DNA of 64,000 nt from Gemmatimonadaceae bacterium. GTDB lineage: Bacteria; Gemmatimonadota; Gemmatimonadetes; Gemmatimonadales; Gemmatimonadaceae. Shown here in pieces: positions 1-9,183 of this stretch (positions are counted from its first letter, which is position 1; every line of letters begins with the position of its first letter). A model generated the notes under the pieces. It searched no databases and had not been told where the DNA came from. It saw only the letters and a program-made list of their open reading frames with translations. Location: the NCBI GenBank assembly GCA_045803545.1, contig JBJMOW010000004.1, positions 224,001 through 288,000 on the forward strand, in the 5' to 3' direction. A program made the translations under genes and the position numbers.

Positions 1-38
1 GGCACGCTATCGGTGGCATTCCGGTCGACAAGGAAGGT

Positions 39-746
39 GTGCTGTTCGCGAACGCCGTCGTACAGCGCGCGTCCGGCAAAACAGAGATAACGCGCGTGCG
101 CTTCGATCTGCCGAAGATTCCACCGCCGGCTTCGCAGCCTCTCGAGGTCGACAGCTCTTTCACCCGGCCGCTCGATGCGGCCACCCAGGCGCGAGTCGAT
201 CGCGAGAACGCGCGAGCGAGGGAAGTCGGCCGAGCATCACATGAGCGAGCGCCAATGTGGACCGCATCCTTCGTCAGGCCGCGGAATTCGGTCATCACGA
301 GCGAGTTTGGCTCGGGTCGGCTGTTCAATGGTCAGCTCACTGCGCGTCACCTGGGCGTGGATTTCCGCGGGGCGATGGGGGAACCGGTGAAGGCAGCCAA
401 TCGTGGCGTTGTCGCGCTGATCGACAACTTCTTTCTCGCCGGCAATGTCGTCTACATCGATCACGGTGGTGGAGTCGTGACGTCGTATTTCCACTTGAGC
501 AAAACGCTGGTACACGTCGGCGACGTGGTGAAGCGCGGACAGGTGATCGGCCTGGTTGGCAATACCGGGCGCGTAACTGGTCCGCATCTCCACTGGGCTG
601 CTCGCTACGGCGCGAACACAGTCAATCCGCTCGATCTGATTGGCATCGGCTCCTGGTATAGCGCGATTATCCCGCGAACATCAGCGACTACCCCGCGAAC
701 ATCCGCGACTATCCCGCGAACACCAGCTTCACCCCCGCGACGATAA
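39..746 (+). CDS. M23 family metallopeptidase (5' end probably outside the window)
   Basis: HLGVD (HxxxD), IDHGGG and TGPHLH (HxH) motifs; C-terminal tail is repeat-derived. Confidence 0.85.
   Translation: MLFANAVVQRASGKTEITRVRFDLPKIPPPASQPLEVDSSFTRPLDAATQARVDRENARAREVGRASHERAPMWTASFVRPRNSVITSEFGSGRLFNGQLTARHLGVDFRGAMGEPVKAANRGVVALIDNFFLAGNVVYIDHGGGVVTSYFHLSKTLVHVGDVVKRGQVIGLVGNTGRVTGPHLHWAARYGANTVNPLDLIGIGSWYSAIIPRTSATTPRTSATIPRTPASPPRR
667..729. repeat. Three imperfect 21-bp tandem repeats
   Basis: ttatcccgcgaacatcagcga / ctaccccgcgaacatccgcga / ctatcccgcgaacaccagctt. Confidence 0.85.
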
Positions 747-1452
747 GAACGAGGGAAAGGAGCTGCCGCAGCAAAGGCGCCGGCGCGCGCTTGCTGCCGT
801 AAGTCGCGCCGATCCAGCCGCCGATCAACACTGCTGCTCCCCACACCGGAATATTCGGGGAGAGCTGTGCGACACTCGATAAGTGGCCGAGCAGTCCGGC
901 GATCGAGTTCACGAGAATGAATGGCGCCGCGACGGCGGACGTAGCGCGCGTCTCTGACCATCCCATGTACAGCAGCAACGGGCTGAGGAAAATGCCGCCG
1001 CCAATGCCGGTGACGCCGGATAGAAATCCAATCACCAATCCGGAGATTATCGCAGCCCAGACTGGTGGCGCATGTGGTTCCATTGTTGACTTTCGGAGCG
1101 AAGAACGGAACAGCCAGATCGCAGCATAGAGCAGGACAACGCCGACGAGAATCTTGTACGCGCGCGCTGGTAGCATTGTCGCTCCTCCGACGAATGCCGC
1201 CGGGACAGATGCCACCGCAAAGGGCCAGAACAACTTCCACTTGAACAGCCCGCCGCGATAAAACTTTATCGTTGCCACCGCCGCCACGAGGATGTTGAGC
1301 GCCAGCGCAGTAGGCTTCATCGTATCAGGGGAAAGGCTGAACAGGCCCATTACTGCGAGATAGCTGGACGCGCCGCCGTGGCCTACCGACGAGTACAGCG
1401 CGGCCCCGATCAAAAACAACGAAGCGATTGCGATCGTTTCTGAAACAGGCAT
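709..1452 (-). CDS. Sulfite exporter TauE/SafE (TSUP) family membrane protein
   Basis: SSVGHGGAS and GIGGGIFLSP Gly-rich motifs, about 8 TM segments, 247 aa. Confidence 0.85.
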   Translation of the reverse strand: MPVSETIAIASLFLIGAALYSSVGHGGASSYLAVMGLFSLSPDTMKPTALALNILVAAVATIKFYRGGLFKWKLFWPFAVASVPAAFVGGATMLPARAYKILVGVVLLYAAIWLFRSSLRKSTMEPHAPPVWAAIISGLVIGFLSGVTGIGGGIFLSPLLLYMGWSETRATSAVAAPFILVNSIAGLLGHLSSVAQLSPNIPVWGAAVLIGGWIGATYGSKRAPAPLLRQLLSLVLIVAGVKLVFAG

Positions 1453-1523
1453 CTCTTTCGAACGTATATTGTTGATCCCAACCTCGCCCTACCTCCAGTC
1501 CGCCGGCAGGACAGCGAAGCTAC

Positions 1524-2489
1524 ATGACCGAGTACGCAATCGACATAGTCAACGTCACCAAGCGTTACGCCGACCACACTGCGGTGAACGACCTGACCCT
1601 GCGCGTTCCCAAAGGAAGCGTATACGGACTTCTCGGCCCTAACGGCGCCGGTAAGACCACCACCATCCGGATGATCCTCAACATCATCGCTCCGGATTCC
1701 GGCAACATCTTCATCTTCGGCCACCCATCAAGCGACACAGCCATTACCGAGCGCCTCGGCTATCTGCCGGAGGAGCGCGGACTTTACAGGAAGATGCAGG
1801 TGCGGCGCGTCCTGAAGTTTCTCGCCGAATTGAAAGGAGTGAAGGGTAGCGAGGCCGATCGTCGCGTTGACGAGTGGCTCGAGCGGCTCTCGCTAAAGAC
1901 ACCGGAGAAAGACTGGGGATTGGCCAAGATCGACGAGCTCTCGCGCGGCATGCAGCAGAAGGTGCAATTCATTGGCACTCTGCTCCACGATCCGGATCTG
2001 GTAATCCTCGACGAGCCATTCAGCGGGCTGGATCCGATTAACGCCCAGGCGCTCAAGGACACCGTCGTCGAGCTGAAGCGTCGGGGAAAGACGGTGATCT
2101 TCAGCACCCACCTGATGGACAACGCGGAACGGCTTTGCGACTCAGTCTGCATCATTGCGCGCGGCGAGAAAGTTCTCGACGGCAGCGTGACCGAGGTGAA
2201 AGAGGAGCACGGCCAGCGCAACGTCGCTCTTGCTCTCGATGGCAATGGAGTGGCTGATGTCGCTCAAATCCTGCGCGATCACTCGTTGGTCCGTCGCGCC
2301 GATGACTCCAACAGGTTCTTCGAGATCGAGCTCGCGCCGGGCGCAGACCCGCAGGCTCTGCTCAGACGCATCGTCGAATCGGGCGCGGCGGTACAGCGGT
2401 TCGAAATGATCCAGCCCTCGCTGCATCAGATCTTCCTGCAGAAGGTCGGTGCCACCGGTATTGAAGAGGGAATGAGCGGACATGGCTAA
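1524..2489 (+). CDS. ABC transporter ATP-binding protein (NatA-like)
   Basis: Walker A GPNGAGKT, LSRGMQQ signature, ILDEPFSGLD. Confidence 0.92.
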   Translation: MTEYAIDIVNVTKRYADHTAVNDLTLRVPKGSVYGLLGPNGAGKTTTIRMILNIIAPDSGNIFIFGHPSSDTAITERLGYLPEERGLYRKMQVRRVLKFLAELKGVKGSEADRRVDEWLERLSLKTPEKDWGLAKIDELSRGMQQKVQFIGTLLHDPDLVILDEPFSGLDPINAQALKDTVVELKRRGKTVIFSTHLMDNAERLCDSVCIIARGEKVLDGSVTEVKEEHGQRNVALALDGNGVADVAQILRDHSLVRRADDSNRFFEIELAPGADPQALLRRIVESGAAVQRFEMIQPSLHQIFLQKVGATGIEEGMSGHG

Positions 2490-3771
2490 GCTCTGGGCAG
2501 TTATCAAGCGCGAATACCTCGAGCGTGTGCGGTCGAAGTGGTTTCTGATCGCGACGTTCTTTGGCCCGATTTTCTTCAGCGCGATCATCATCGTGCCGGC
2601 CTGGCTGGCTTCGCGCAGCAAAGCGACCACCGACATTTACAACTCGATCATTCTCGACGCGACCGGTGAGAATTTCGGTCGTCGGCTCGCGATCAACATC
2701 GCCGGCGGCGATAGCACCAACACCGGTCAACTGCCGGTCGTGCGCACGGTGCCGCCCGCGGAGCTGACACAGGCCGAGAGCCTGGCGACGCGCGAGGTGA
2801 TGAAGAAGGAAAAGACTGGTTACGTAGTCGTCAATCAACAAACCTTGGCGGGCGAGTCCGCACGCTACGCGGGCACCAACGCGACTTCGATCGCCGACAT
2901 GGCGCGCATCAAGGAAGCGATTCGACAGACAATTCTTGCATCGCGGCTCGAGAAGGTCGGGCTCGACAATCAGAAGATGAAGGAGATCACCTTCATCCCC
3001 CTCGACTTCAGCACCGAGCGGATCACCGAGCGCGGTCGCGCTGGATCGGGCATGGCTAGCGTGCTGTTTGGCTTTGCGATCGGATTCCTGCTGTACATGT
3101 CGATCGTGATCTACGGCCAGACAATCATGAGTGGCGTGCTCGAGGAGAAGACGACGCGCGTCGCCGAGGTGGTGATGTCGAGCGTTCCGACTGACACGCT
3201 GCTGGCGGGGAAAGTCTTCGGCGTTGGCGCAGTCGGATTGACCCAGCAGATTATCTGGATCGGCACGACCTACATCTTACTCAAGGCCCGCGCACCGATC
3301 ATGGCAAAGCTTGGGGCACCGACAGTGTCATTCTCCCTGCCCGATATTTCGCTCGCCGCAGGAATTCTCTTTCTTCTGTTCTTCCTGCTCGGTTTCGTCT
3401 TTTACTCCTCGCTGTATGCGGCTGTTGGCTCTTCGGTGAATAGCGAGAGCGAAGCTCGGCAGGCAGCGAGTCCGTTGATGATCATGATCGTGAGTACTGG
3501 GGTATTTATACAGCCGGTGCTGTTGAATCCCACCGGCACGACCGCGAAGGTGTTGTCGCTCATCCCGATTTCGTCACCGATCATCATGCCGATCCGGATG
3601 GCGGTGACCGGCGTTCCGACGCTCGAACTAGCGGGGAGTCTGCTTTTCCTCGGGATCGGTTGTCTGGCCGCGCTGTGGCTCGCGTCCCGGATCTATCGTG
3701 TCGGGCTGCTGATGTACGGCAAGCGGCCGACGATGAGGGAAATGGCGCGTTGGGTTTCCTATGCCAGATAG
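2482..3771 (+). CDS. ABC-2 type permease (NatB-like)
   Basis: REYLERVRSK start, EEKTTRVAEV motif, multiple TM helices, overlaps the ATPase gene. Confidence 0.9.
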   Translation: MAKLWAVIKREYLERVRSKWFLIATFFGPIFFSAIIIVPAWLASRSKATTDIYNSIILDATGENFGRRLAINIAGGDSTNTGQLPVVRTVPPAELTQAESLATREVMKKEKTGYVVVNQQTLAGESARYAGTNATSIADMARIKEAIRQTILASRLEKVGLDNQKMKEITFIPLDFSTERITERGRAGSGMASVLFGFAIGFLLYMSIVIYGQTIMSGVLEEKTTRVAEVVMSSVPTDTLLAGKVFGVGAVGLTQQIIWIGTTYILLKARAPIMAKLGAPTVSFSLPDISLAAGILFLLFFLLGFVFYSSLYAAVGSSVNSESEARQAASPLMIMIVSTGVFIQPVLLNPTGTTAKVLSLIPISSPIIMPIRMAVTGVPTLELAGSLLFLGIGCLAALWLASRIYRVGLLMYGKRPTMREMARWVSYAR

Positions 3772-3779
3772 GATTGATG

Positions 3780-3918
3780 GCTGAGGACTAAATGCATCGA
3801 TCATCGAGGATTGAGTGAGGATTGCAGACAACCGAGAAGTTAAAGTGCATTCCTCGGTGGTTCTCGATCAGCAATTAGTCAGCAATCATTGATGCCATTG
3901 GTCCTCGGGCCTCAGTCG
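3780..3918. repeat. Imperfect palindromic intergenic element, copy A (MITE/REP-like)
   Basis: gaggactaa..gcatcgat pairs with attgatgc..ttggtcctc; reverse complement aligns to 42586-42717. Confidence 0.7.
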
Positions 3919-3991
3919 TGAAGAGACATTCCTGATTGATCGCTCGGCTATTATTCTTTGAAACCACCCCCACGAAGCAGGAGAGGTTTAG

Positions 3992-4423
3992 ATGTACGAT
4001 GAGAGGTTTGTAAGCCCAATGCGACAGGAGCTGACCCAGCTCGGTGTCGAAGAATTACGCACACCAGAAGAAGTAGACTCGAGACTCAAGGATGCCCCCG
4101 GCACGACGCTCGTCGTCGTGAATTCCATCTGCGGCTGCGCCGCGCGTAATGCGCGACCCGCGGTGGCGAAGGCGATCCAGCATGACAACCGGCCGGATAA
4201 GCTCACCACCGTTTTCGCCGGACAGGACGTCTCCGCGACACAGCGCGCGAGAAGCTACTTCACCGGTTATGCGCCGAGCTCGCCCCAGATCGCGCTGATG
4301 AAGGATGGTCAGGTCGTTTATATGCTCGAGCGGCACCAGATCGAGGGCCGCACTTCCGACGACATCGCGAAGGATCTCACGCGGGCATTCGACAGGTACT
4401 GCGAGACGACCAGCGCAGCCTGA
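3992..4423 (+). CDS. BrxA/BrxB family bacilliredoxin
   Basis: VVNSICGCAARNARP (CGC motif), VFAGQD, PSSPQIAL, ERHQIEG. Confidence 0.9.
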   Translation: MYDERFVSPMRQELTQLGVEELRTPEEVDSRLKDAPGTTLVVVNSICGCAARNARPAVAKAIQHDNRPDKLTTVFAGQDVSATQRARSYFTGYAPSSPQIALMKDGQVVYMLERHQIEGRTSDDIAKDLTRAFDRYCETTSAA

Positions 4424-4428
4424 TTTCC

Positions 4429-4459
4429 AATTGAGGCGTTCGGACCGAACGCCTCAATT
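4429..4459. terminator. Bidirectional hairpin terminator between convergent genes
   Basis: Perfect 15-bp inverted repeat aattgaggcgttcgg-a-ccgaacgcctcaatt. Confidence 0.75.
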
Positions 4460-5071
4460 TTACAGCTCGTCCCGCTTGCGGCGTTCGATGAAGGGCTGAC
4501 CGTCGGGCAGTGTCGTTGGCTCGACCTCGCGGCCTGTGTCCTTGAGCACTCGGCCACGCACGAATTGGACGGTGGCGCCGAGCAGTATCGCCCATACGCA
4601 GACTGCGACAATTCGCCAGAACAGGACGCCCACCGCCATCGGCTGCCAGTCCATGAACTCGGCGCGCGCGGTTCCCCATGGCTCACGGTGAAGAGAGATC
4701 AGCACCAGGCTGACCGCCATCTCGCCCACGGTCTCGAATATCGCGAACAACGGAGCACGCCACGGCCACTCTCGAACCGGGAATCTTCCCAGGTGCAGCG
4801 TCGCCATGCCGACCAGGAAGATCGTGCCCAGCACCAGCGAGGCGGCGAGATATGAGCTGTTGATGTTGCCCCGAGTGAGGACTACCGCGCGGAAAAGTCG
4901 AATCACGACGCCGGTCATTACTGCCAGCTCGACCGGTGACCGCGCGATCCTCTGGAACGCAGCCGGCTCCTCGAGGTCCCACTCGCTCGTTTTGAAGAGC
5001 CGCCGCCTTTTCTCGACGGGGGATGGCTTCGTCACGCGATCAAAATTAGTTCGCGGATGCGTAGCGTCCAT
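4460..5071 (-). CDS. Hypothetical membrane protein
   Basis: 203-aa ORF with about 4 hydrophobic segments, fills the gap between recognised genes. Confidence 0.7.
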   Translation of the reverse strand: MDATHPRTNFDRVTKPSPVEKRRRLFKTSEWDLEEPAAFQRIARSPVELAVMTGVVIRLFRAVVLTRGNINSSYLAASLVLGTIFLVGMATLHLGRFPVREWPWRAPLFAIFETVGEMAVSLVLISLHREPWGTARAEFMDWQPMAVGVLFWRIVAVCVWAILLGATVQFVRGRVLKDTGREVEPTTLPDGQPFIERRKRDEL

Positions 5072-5191
5072 AGAATTTTGCCTGCCACATCAGAGAGAGA
5101 AATACACTCGCGTCGTCCTTCGTATCGACCCAACTCGAACGCTGGGGACGCCTCCACTCTGTTTTCGACGCTAGAACGTCGGGTGTGGTAA

Positions 5192-5977
5192 CTATTTGAT
5201 CCAGTGGCCGATGCGGCCCCAGCGGATGTCCGTGAGCATCGGCAGAGGTCGATCGCTGTCGTCGGCGTTGTACGAGTAGTACACGAACAGTGGCTTGCCG
5301 CGGACATTTTCACGCGGCACGAATCCCCAGTAGCGACTGTCCTTCGAGTTGTACCGACTGTCGCCCATCATGAAAAGCCGGTGCGCGGGGACTACCAGCG
5401 GACCCCAGTTGTCGTGATTGGGCTGCGAAGGCGCCGCGCCGAAGCGCGACGACCGGAGGCCGACTTTTTTCTGCCAATCGAAGAGCGGGTCGACGGAATT
5501 CGCGATCTCCGGACTAACCTGTGTCGCGGCGCCGTAACCCTGCCGCTGGGCAATCCCGTTCACGTACAGGATGGCATTGCGCATGTAGAGCGTGTCGCCG
5601 GCAGTACCTACGAGCCGCTTCACCAGCGTCGGCGTCGGATCTGCTCCCTTCTCCGCTTCATCGGCCTGATACGGCGAAACGAAAACAACGACGTCCCCGC
5701 GACGCGGCTCGCGAATCGCCGGGAGACTCGAGTTCGTGAACGGGATGTGCGCGCCGAAGATTGCCTTGTTGACGAATAGCCAGTCTCCGACGAGCAGCGT
5801 CGGAATCATGCTTCCCGAGGGAATGCGATAGGCTTCGATGAGAAACGCCCGCAGGATGAGGAAAATCGCCAGTGCCCCGACGATCGACTTGAAGTTTTCC
5901 CACAGGCGAGCGAGCGCTGAACTTTGCGAAACGGGGCGCGCCTTTTGGGCGCGCCCCGCGTTAGACGGAGTTGCCAA
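5192..5977 (-). CDS. lepB: Signal peptidase I
   Basis: IPSGSMIPTL (catalytic Ser), LVKRLVG (Lys), GDSRYNSKDSRYWG. Confidence 0.95.
   Translation of the reverse strand: MATPSNAGRAQKARPVSQSSALARLWENFKSIVGALAIFLILRAFLIEAYRIPSGSMIPTLLVGDWLFVNKAIFGAHIPFTNSSLPAIREPRRGDVVVFVSPYQADEAEKGADPTPTLVKRLVGTAGDTLYMRNAILYVNGIAQRQGYGAATQVSPEIANSVDPLFDWQKKVGLRSSRFGAAPSQPNHDNWGPLVVPAHRLFMMGDSRYNSKDSRYWGFVPRENVRGKPLFVYYSYNADDSDRPLPMLTDIRWGRIGHWIK
5932..5958 (-). terminator. GC hairpin after the SWIB gene, inside the first codons of lepB
   Basis: cggggcgcgcc-ttttg-ggcgcgccccg, followed by TTT on the - strand. Confidence 0.45.
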
Positions 5978-5986
5978 AGAGCTTAT

Positions 5987-6367
5987 TTAACGAAGGTGTT
6001 TGTTGACGAGTCTGGTCATCTCGAACATCGAGACCTGGCTGCGTCCGAAGATAGGACGGAGGTTCTCGTCAGCGTTGATCATGCGGCGATTCTTCGAATC
6101 CTGCAGACCCTTACGCTTGATGTACTGCCACAGTTTCTTGGTGACTTCCGTGCGCGGCATCGCTCCACTGCCTACCACCGCAGCCAGATCACTGCTCGGC
6201 TGCATCGGCTTCATGAATGCCGGGTTTGGTGCGCGCTTTTTACCCGATGATTTCCGGCGCGTCTTGCGACCACTGCTCTTTCTCGCCGAGCTCTTTTTGC
6301 GACTTGATGACTTCCGCGAAGACTTCCGTGCCGATGACTTCCTGCCGCTCTTTCTTCTTGTTGCCAT
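5987..6367 (-). CDS. SWIB/MDM2 domain protein with basic Lys/Arg/Ser-rich N-terminal tail
   Basis: AFMKP..LAAVVG..MPRTEVTKKLWQYIK..LQD..NRRMINAD..VSMFEMT; first ~43 aa are RKSS-type repeats. Confidence 0.9.
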   Translation of the reverse strand: MATRRKSGRKSSARKSSRKSSSRKKSSARKSSGRKTRRKSSGKKRAPNPAFMKPMQPSSDLAAVVGSGAMPRTEVTKKLWQYIKRKGLQDSKNRRMINADENLRPIFGRSQVSMFEMTRLVNKHLR

Positions 6368-6538
6368 CTTGTCTCCTGGTTTGGTGATCCCAATGCACTC
6401 TGCTACAGAGTGAAACGCGGCCTGTCAGCGACGCAAACTATAGTCCTGCAGGGCGAAAGCAATAGGGAATGAGCAGAGTTTCCCTATGGGAAAAGCGATT
6501 CTTCATAGGGAAAAATCAAGAACGAACCGCCGAACGGC

Positions 6539-7432
6539 TCATTGCTCAGCCCAGCCATCCAGCATTTTGAACATTTTCACGTCGTAGGGATCGGGCGACG
6601 CATCGTCATCGGCGATGTCGTAATTCTCCTGCGGTGTCTCGAGAATCAGAGGTATGTTGCTGCTGCGGCGGTCCCTCATCAGCCACTCGAAAGGCTCCTT
6701 GCCGATGTGTCCGTCCCCGATGAGAACGTGCCGATCGCGGTTCGAGCCAAGCTCGTTCGCGCTGTCATTGAGATGAAAAAATGAGGGCGGTTCCCCTATG
6801 ATCTGCTCGAACTCGTCCAGGATGTCGGTGAATGCCTGTCGCGAGGCTGTGAGGTCGTATCCGGACGCGAACAGGTGACATGTGTCGAGGCCATATCCTG
6901 TTCGCGAGCGTAGCTGGCCGGGCACGGCGTCGAGAATGTCTTTGATCTCCTGTGCGGTCTTTCCCATCGTCTTGCCCGCGCCGGCAGTGTTCTCGACGAG
7001 CAGTCTCGTCTCCGAATTGATCGTTTTCAACGCCTGGGTGATCGCCTTGCCGATTCGCTTGGCGGAGTCGCTGCGGTCACTCGTGAGAGCAGAACCCGGG
7101 TGAAAGCAAACTGCGCCGACGCCGAGGGCGGTCGAGCGCTCCATCTCCTTGGTGAGTCCGGCACTGGCTCGCGCCCACTTCTCGTCATCGGGCGTCGCGA
7201 CGCTGAGCACGTACGCTGCGTGCACCACTACGTTTGCCGGCTTGATTTTGGTTTTTGCCAGCGCCTCCTTGAAGCGTGTCACCCGCTCCGGCTTAATGGT
7301 GGACTTGTCGCCGTAGAATTTGGGAATCGCGGTAAAGAGCTGCAGCGCGGTCATTCCCGCATTGGCCGCCCTCAATACCGTCATCTGGATGCCACCGTTA
7401 TCGATGGTGTGCGCACCTATGTATTTCGCCAT
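6539..7432 (-). CDS. nfo: Endonuclease IV (AP endonuclease)
   Basis: IGAH, HAAY, FHPG, ENTAG, DTCH, HLNDS..DRH..IG.G, ILETP metal motifs. Confidence 0.92.
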   Translation of the reverse strand: MAKYIGAHTIDNGGIQMTVLRAANAGMTALQLFTAIPKFYGDKSTIKPERVTRFKEALAKTKIKPANVVVHAAYVLSVATPDDEKWARASAGLTKEMERSTALGVGAVCFHPGSALTSDRSDSAKRIGKAITQALKTINSETRLLVENTAGAGKTMGKTAQEIKDILDAVPGQLRSRTGYGLDTCHLFASGYDLTASRQAFTDILDEFEQIIGEPPSFFHLNDSANELGSNRDRHVLIGDGHIGKEPFEWLMRDRRSSNIPLILETPQENYDIADDDASPDPYDVKMFKMLDGWAEQ

Positions 7433-7566
7433 GCCGCTTCCCGCTGCAAGTACTCTACCGTACGCATGCCGTGGCTATTGCACGGTCGTGCACAGAGTTT
7501 GATTATAGAATCTTCAGAGTGCGCTCGTTCGTTTATGGAGAGCGGCGCCGTCCGTCCAGCTGGCTG

Positions 7567-8319
7567 ATGAAAAGAATTTTCATACCAATCCTCGCGTTAT
7601 GTCTGTTCGCCGCCTCCGCACAGTCACAGACCGAAGCGCGCACAGATGTCATTTCCGGGCGAGTCACCGATCTTAACGGCCGGCCCGTCGCCGACGCCTT
7701 AGTCGGTGCGACGGCACCGGGCTCGAGCGTTACCCGCACATTCAGCACGGATCAAGACGGTAGATACAAGATCTATTTCCCGGGCACCCCATCGCAGTAC
7801 TCGCTACAGGTCAAGCGAATGGGTTTCGCGCCGGTTCAACGGACCATTACACGGCACACGAGCGAGCCCGAGCACATGACCGTGGACGTCCAGCTCGGCG
7901 GAGCGCCGCTCGCTCTGTCGATGGTGGAGATCGAGGGCAACACCGAGACGCCGCTGCCGCGCGAGGCCGAAAAACACTCTCTCGACGCGACCGTTCCGAA
8001 TCCGATCGCAATAATTCTGGAGATGAAGGACACACTGCACCTGAGCGCCGTTCAGATCGTGCGACTGGGTAGCCTCTCGGATAGCCTGCAGACGAAGAAT
8101 TCGCACATTTACAAGAACATCCGCACCCTGCTTGCCAAATCGCAGGAACAGGGCGATGCGACGCTGATGGCAGGCAGCGTGGCGATGATGCTCGAGGAAG
8201 CATCGCGGAACACCACCACTGCGCTCGTATCAGCCGGCAAGGTGTTGCGACCCGAGCAGTGGGCGATTCTTCCGGCTGATATCCGCGACCGCGAGTCTGA
8301 GAAGTCGGCTAACCAGTAG
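7567..8319 (+). CDS. Secreted protein with carboxypeptidase-regulatory-like domain
   Basis: Signal peptide MKRIFIPILALC (start reassigned to 7567); ISGRVTD..G.PV..A.V..TD..GRY pattern. Confidence 0.7.
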   Translation: MKRIFIPILALCLFAASAQSQTEARTDVISGRVTDLNGRPVADALVGATAPGSSVTRTFSTDQDGRYKIYFPGTPSQYSLQVKRMGFAPVQRTITRHTSEPEHMTVDVQLGGAPLALSMVEIEGNTETPLPREAEKHSLDATVPNPIAIILEMKDTLHLSAVQIVRLGSLSDSLQTKNSHIYKNIRTLLAKSQEQGDATLMAGSVAMMLEEASRNTTTALVSAGKVLRPEQWAILPADIRDRESEKSANQ

Positions 8320-8321
8320 GT

Positions 8322-9098
8322 CTACTTCCAGACTCCCTCGCGAAAGCCGACGCGGTCGATCGGCTCACCGTTCCGGGGCGGAGTCTTCCACCACACTGTA
8401 ATCCGGCCGTGATTTAGCGCAACCCACGGCGCGACAGCGGCGACATCATCGGGCGTGACCTGGCCCCGCTGATCGAAGAGATGACCCGTGGAGTGGGACA
8501 GCACGATGCCGATCCTCGGCGTCGTTGAGTTCGGATCCTCGAACACCACCACCACGCTGTCGCCTCGGCCCGCTACACTCGCCGCCGAAGGCGCGCTCCC
8601 GTAAACGACGGGCACTGGCGAGTGAAACATTCCGCCCTTGTCCATCGAGTGCGCGAAGAAAACGCCGGCGCCGTCACTCGCTTCGACGAAATAGACGAGG
8701 TACACGTAGCCGCTGGCCGGATCGTAAGTGATTCCCGGCGCTGGCCGCTGGCAACCACGGCGCCCGGCATCACGCGCATCCACATCTATTGCGGAGTCCC
8801 ATCTAGCGCCTCTATCGGGCGATCGCTGCAAGGACAGAATTACGCTGCTGTCGGAGCGAACCGACCACCAGCTTCTAAACAGCTCGCTCGTGTCACCAGC
8901 GGTTCGTATCGACATCACACATTGCGCGACCGTACCCGTGGTCGTGGGCAGTCCGGCGCTGGCGATCGCGCTGCGCGTGTCCGGATCTCCAAGCTGGGAG
9001 GAGCGGTAGCCGACGTTCCCCCACTCAACCGGCTCGGACACGCAGCCAACAAGAAAGGTCAGAGCGACCACTGGGTACCAGCTGACAGTCTTGCGCAC
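8322..9098 (-). CDS. Lipoprotein with sialidase/BNR-like (Asp-box) repeats
   Basis: LVGC lipobox after GTG 9098; RSPDRGARW, HSMDKGGMF, HSTGHLF repeats. Confidence 0.6.
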   Translation of the reverse strand: MRKTVSWYPVVALTFLVGCVSEPVEWGNVGYRSSQLGDPDTRSAIASAGLPTTTGTVAQCVMSIRTAGDTSELFRSWWSVRSDSSVILSLQRSPDRGARWDSAIDVDARDAGRRGCQRPAPGITYDPASGYVYLVYFVEASDGAGVFFAHSMDKGGMFHSPVPVVYGSAPSAASVAGRGDSVVVVFEDPNSTTPRIGIVLSHSTGHLFDQRGQVTPDDVAAVAPWVALNHGRITVWWKTPPRNGEPIDRVGFREGVWK

Positions 9099-9183
9099 GA
9101 CGCAGGTTAGCCCGGAGACATACGCCAGAGAAGCCCGCGCTAAGTATCTTTCGAGCGTAGTCGCCACCTCGAGGAACTTGCAA

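Noticed and set aside
667..729. CRISPR array
   Set aside because: Contiguous repeats without spacers and no cas genes.
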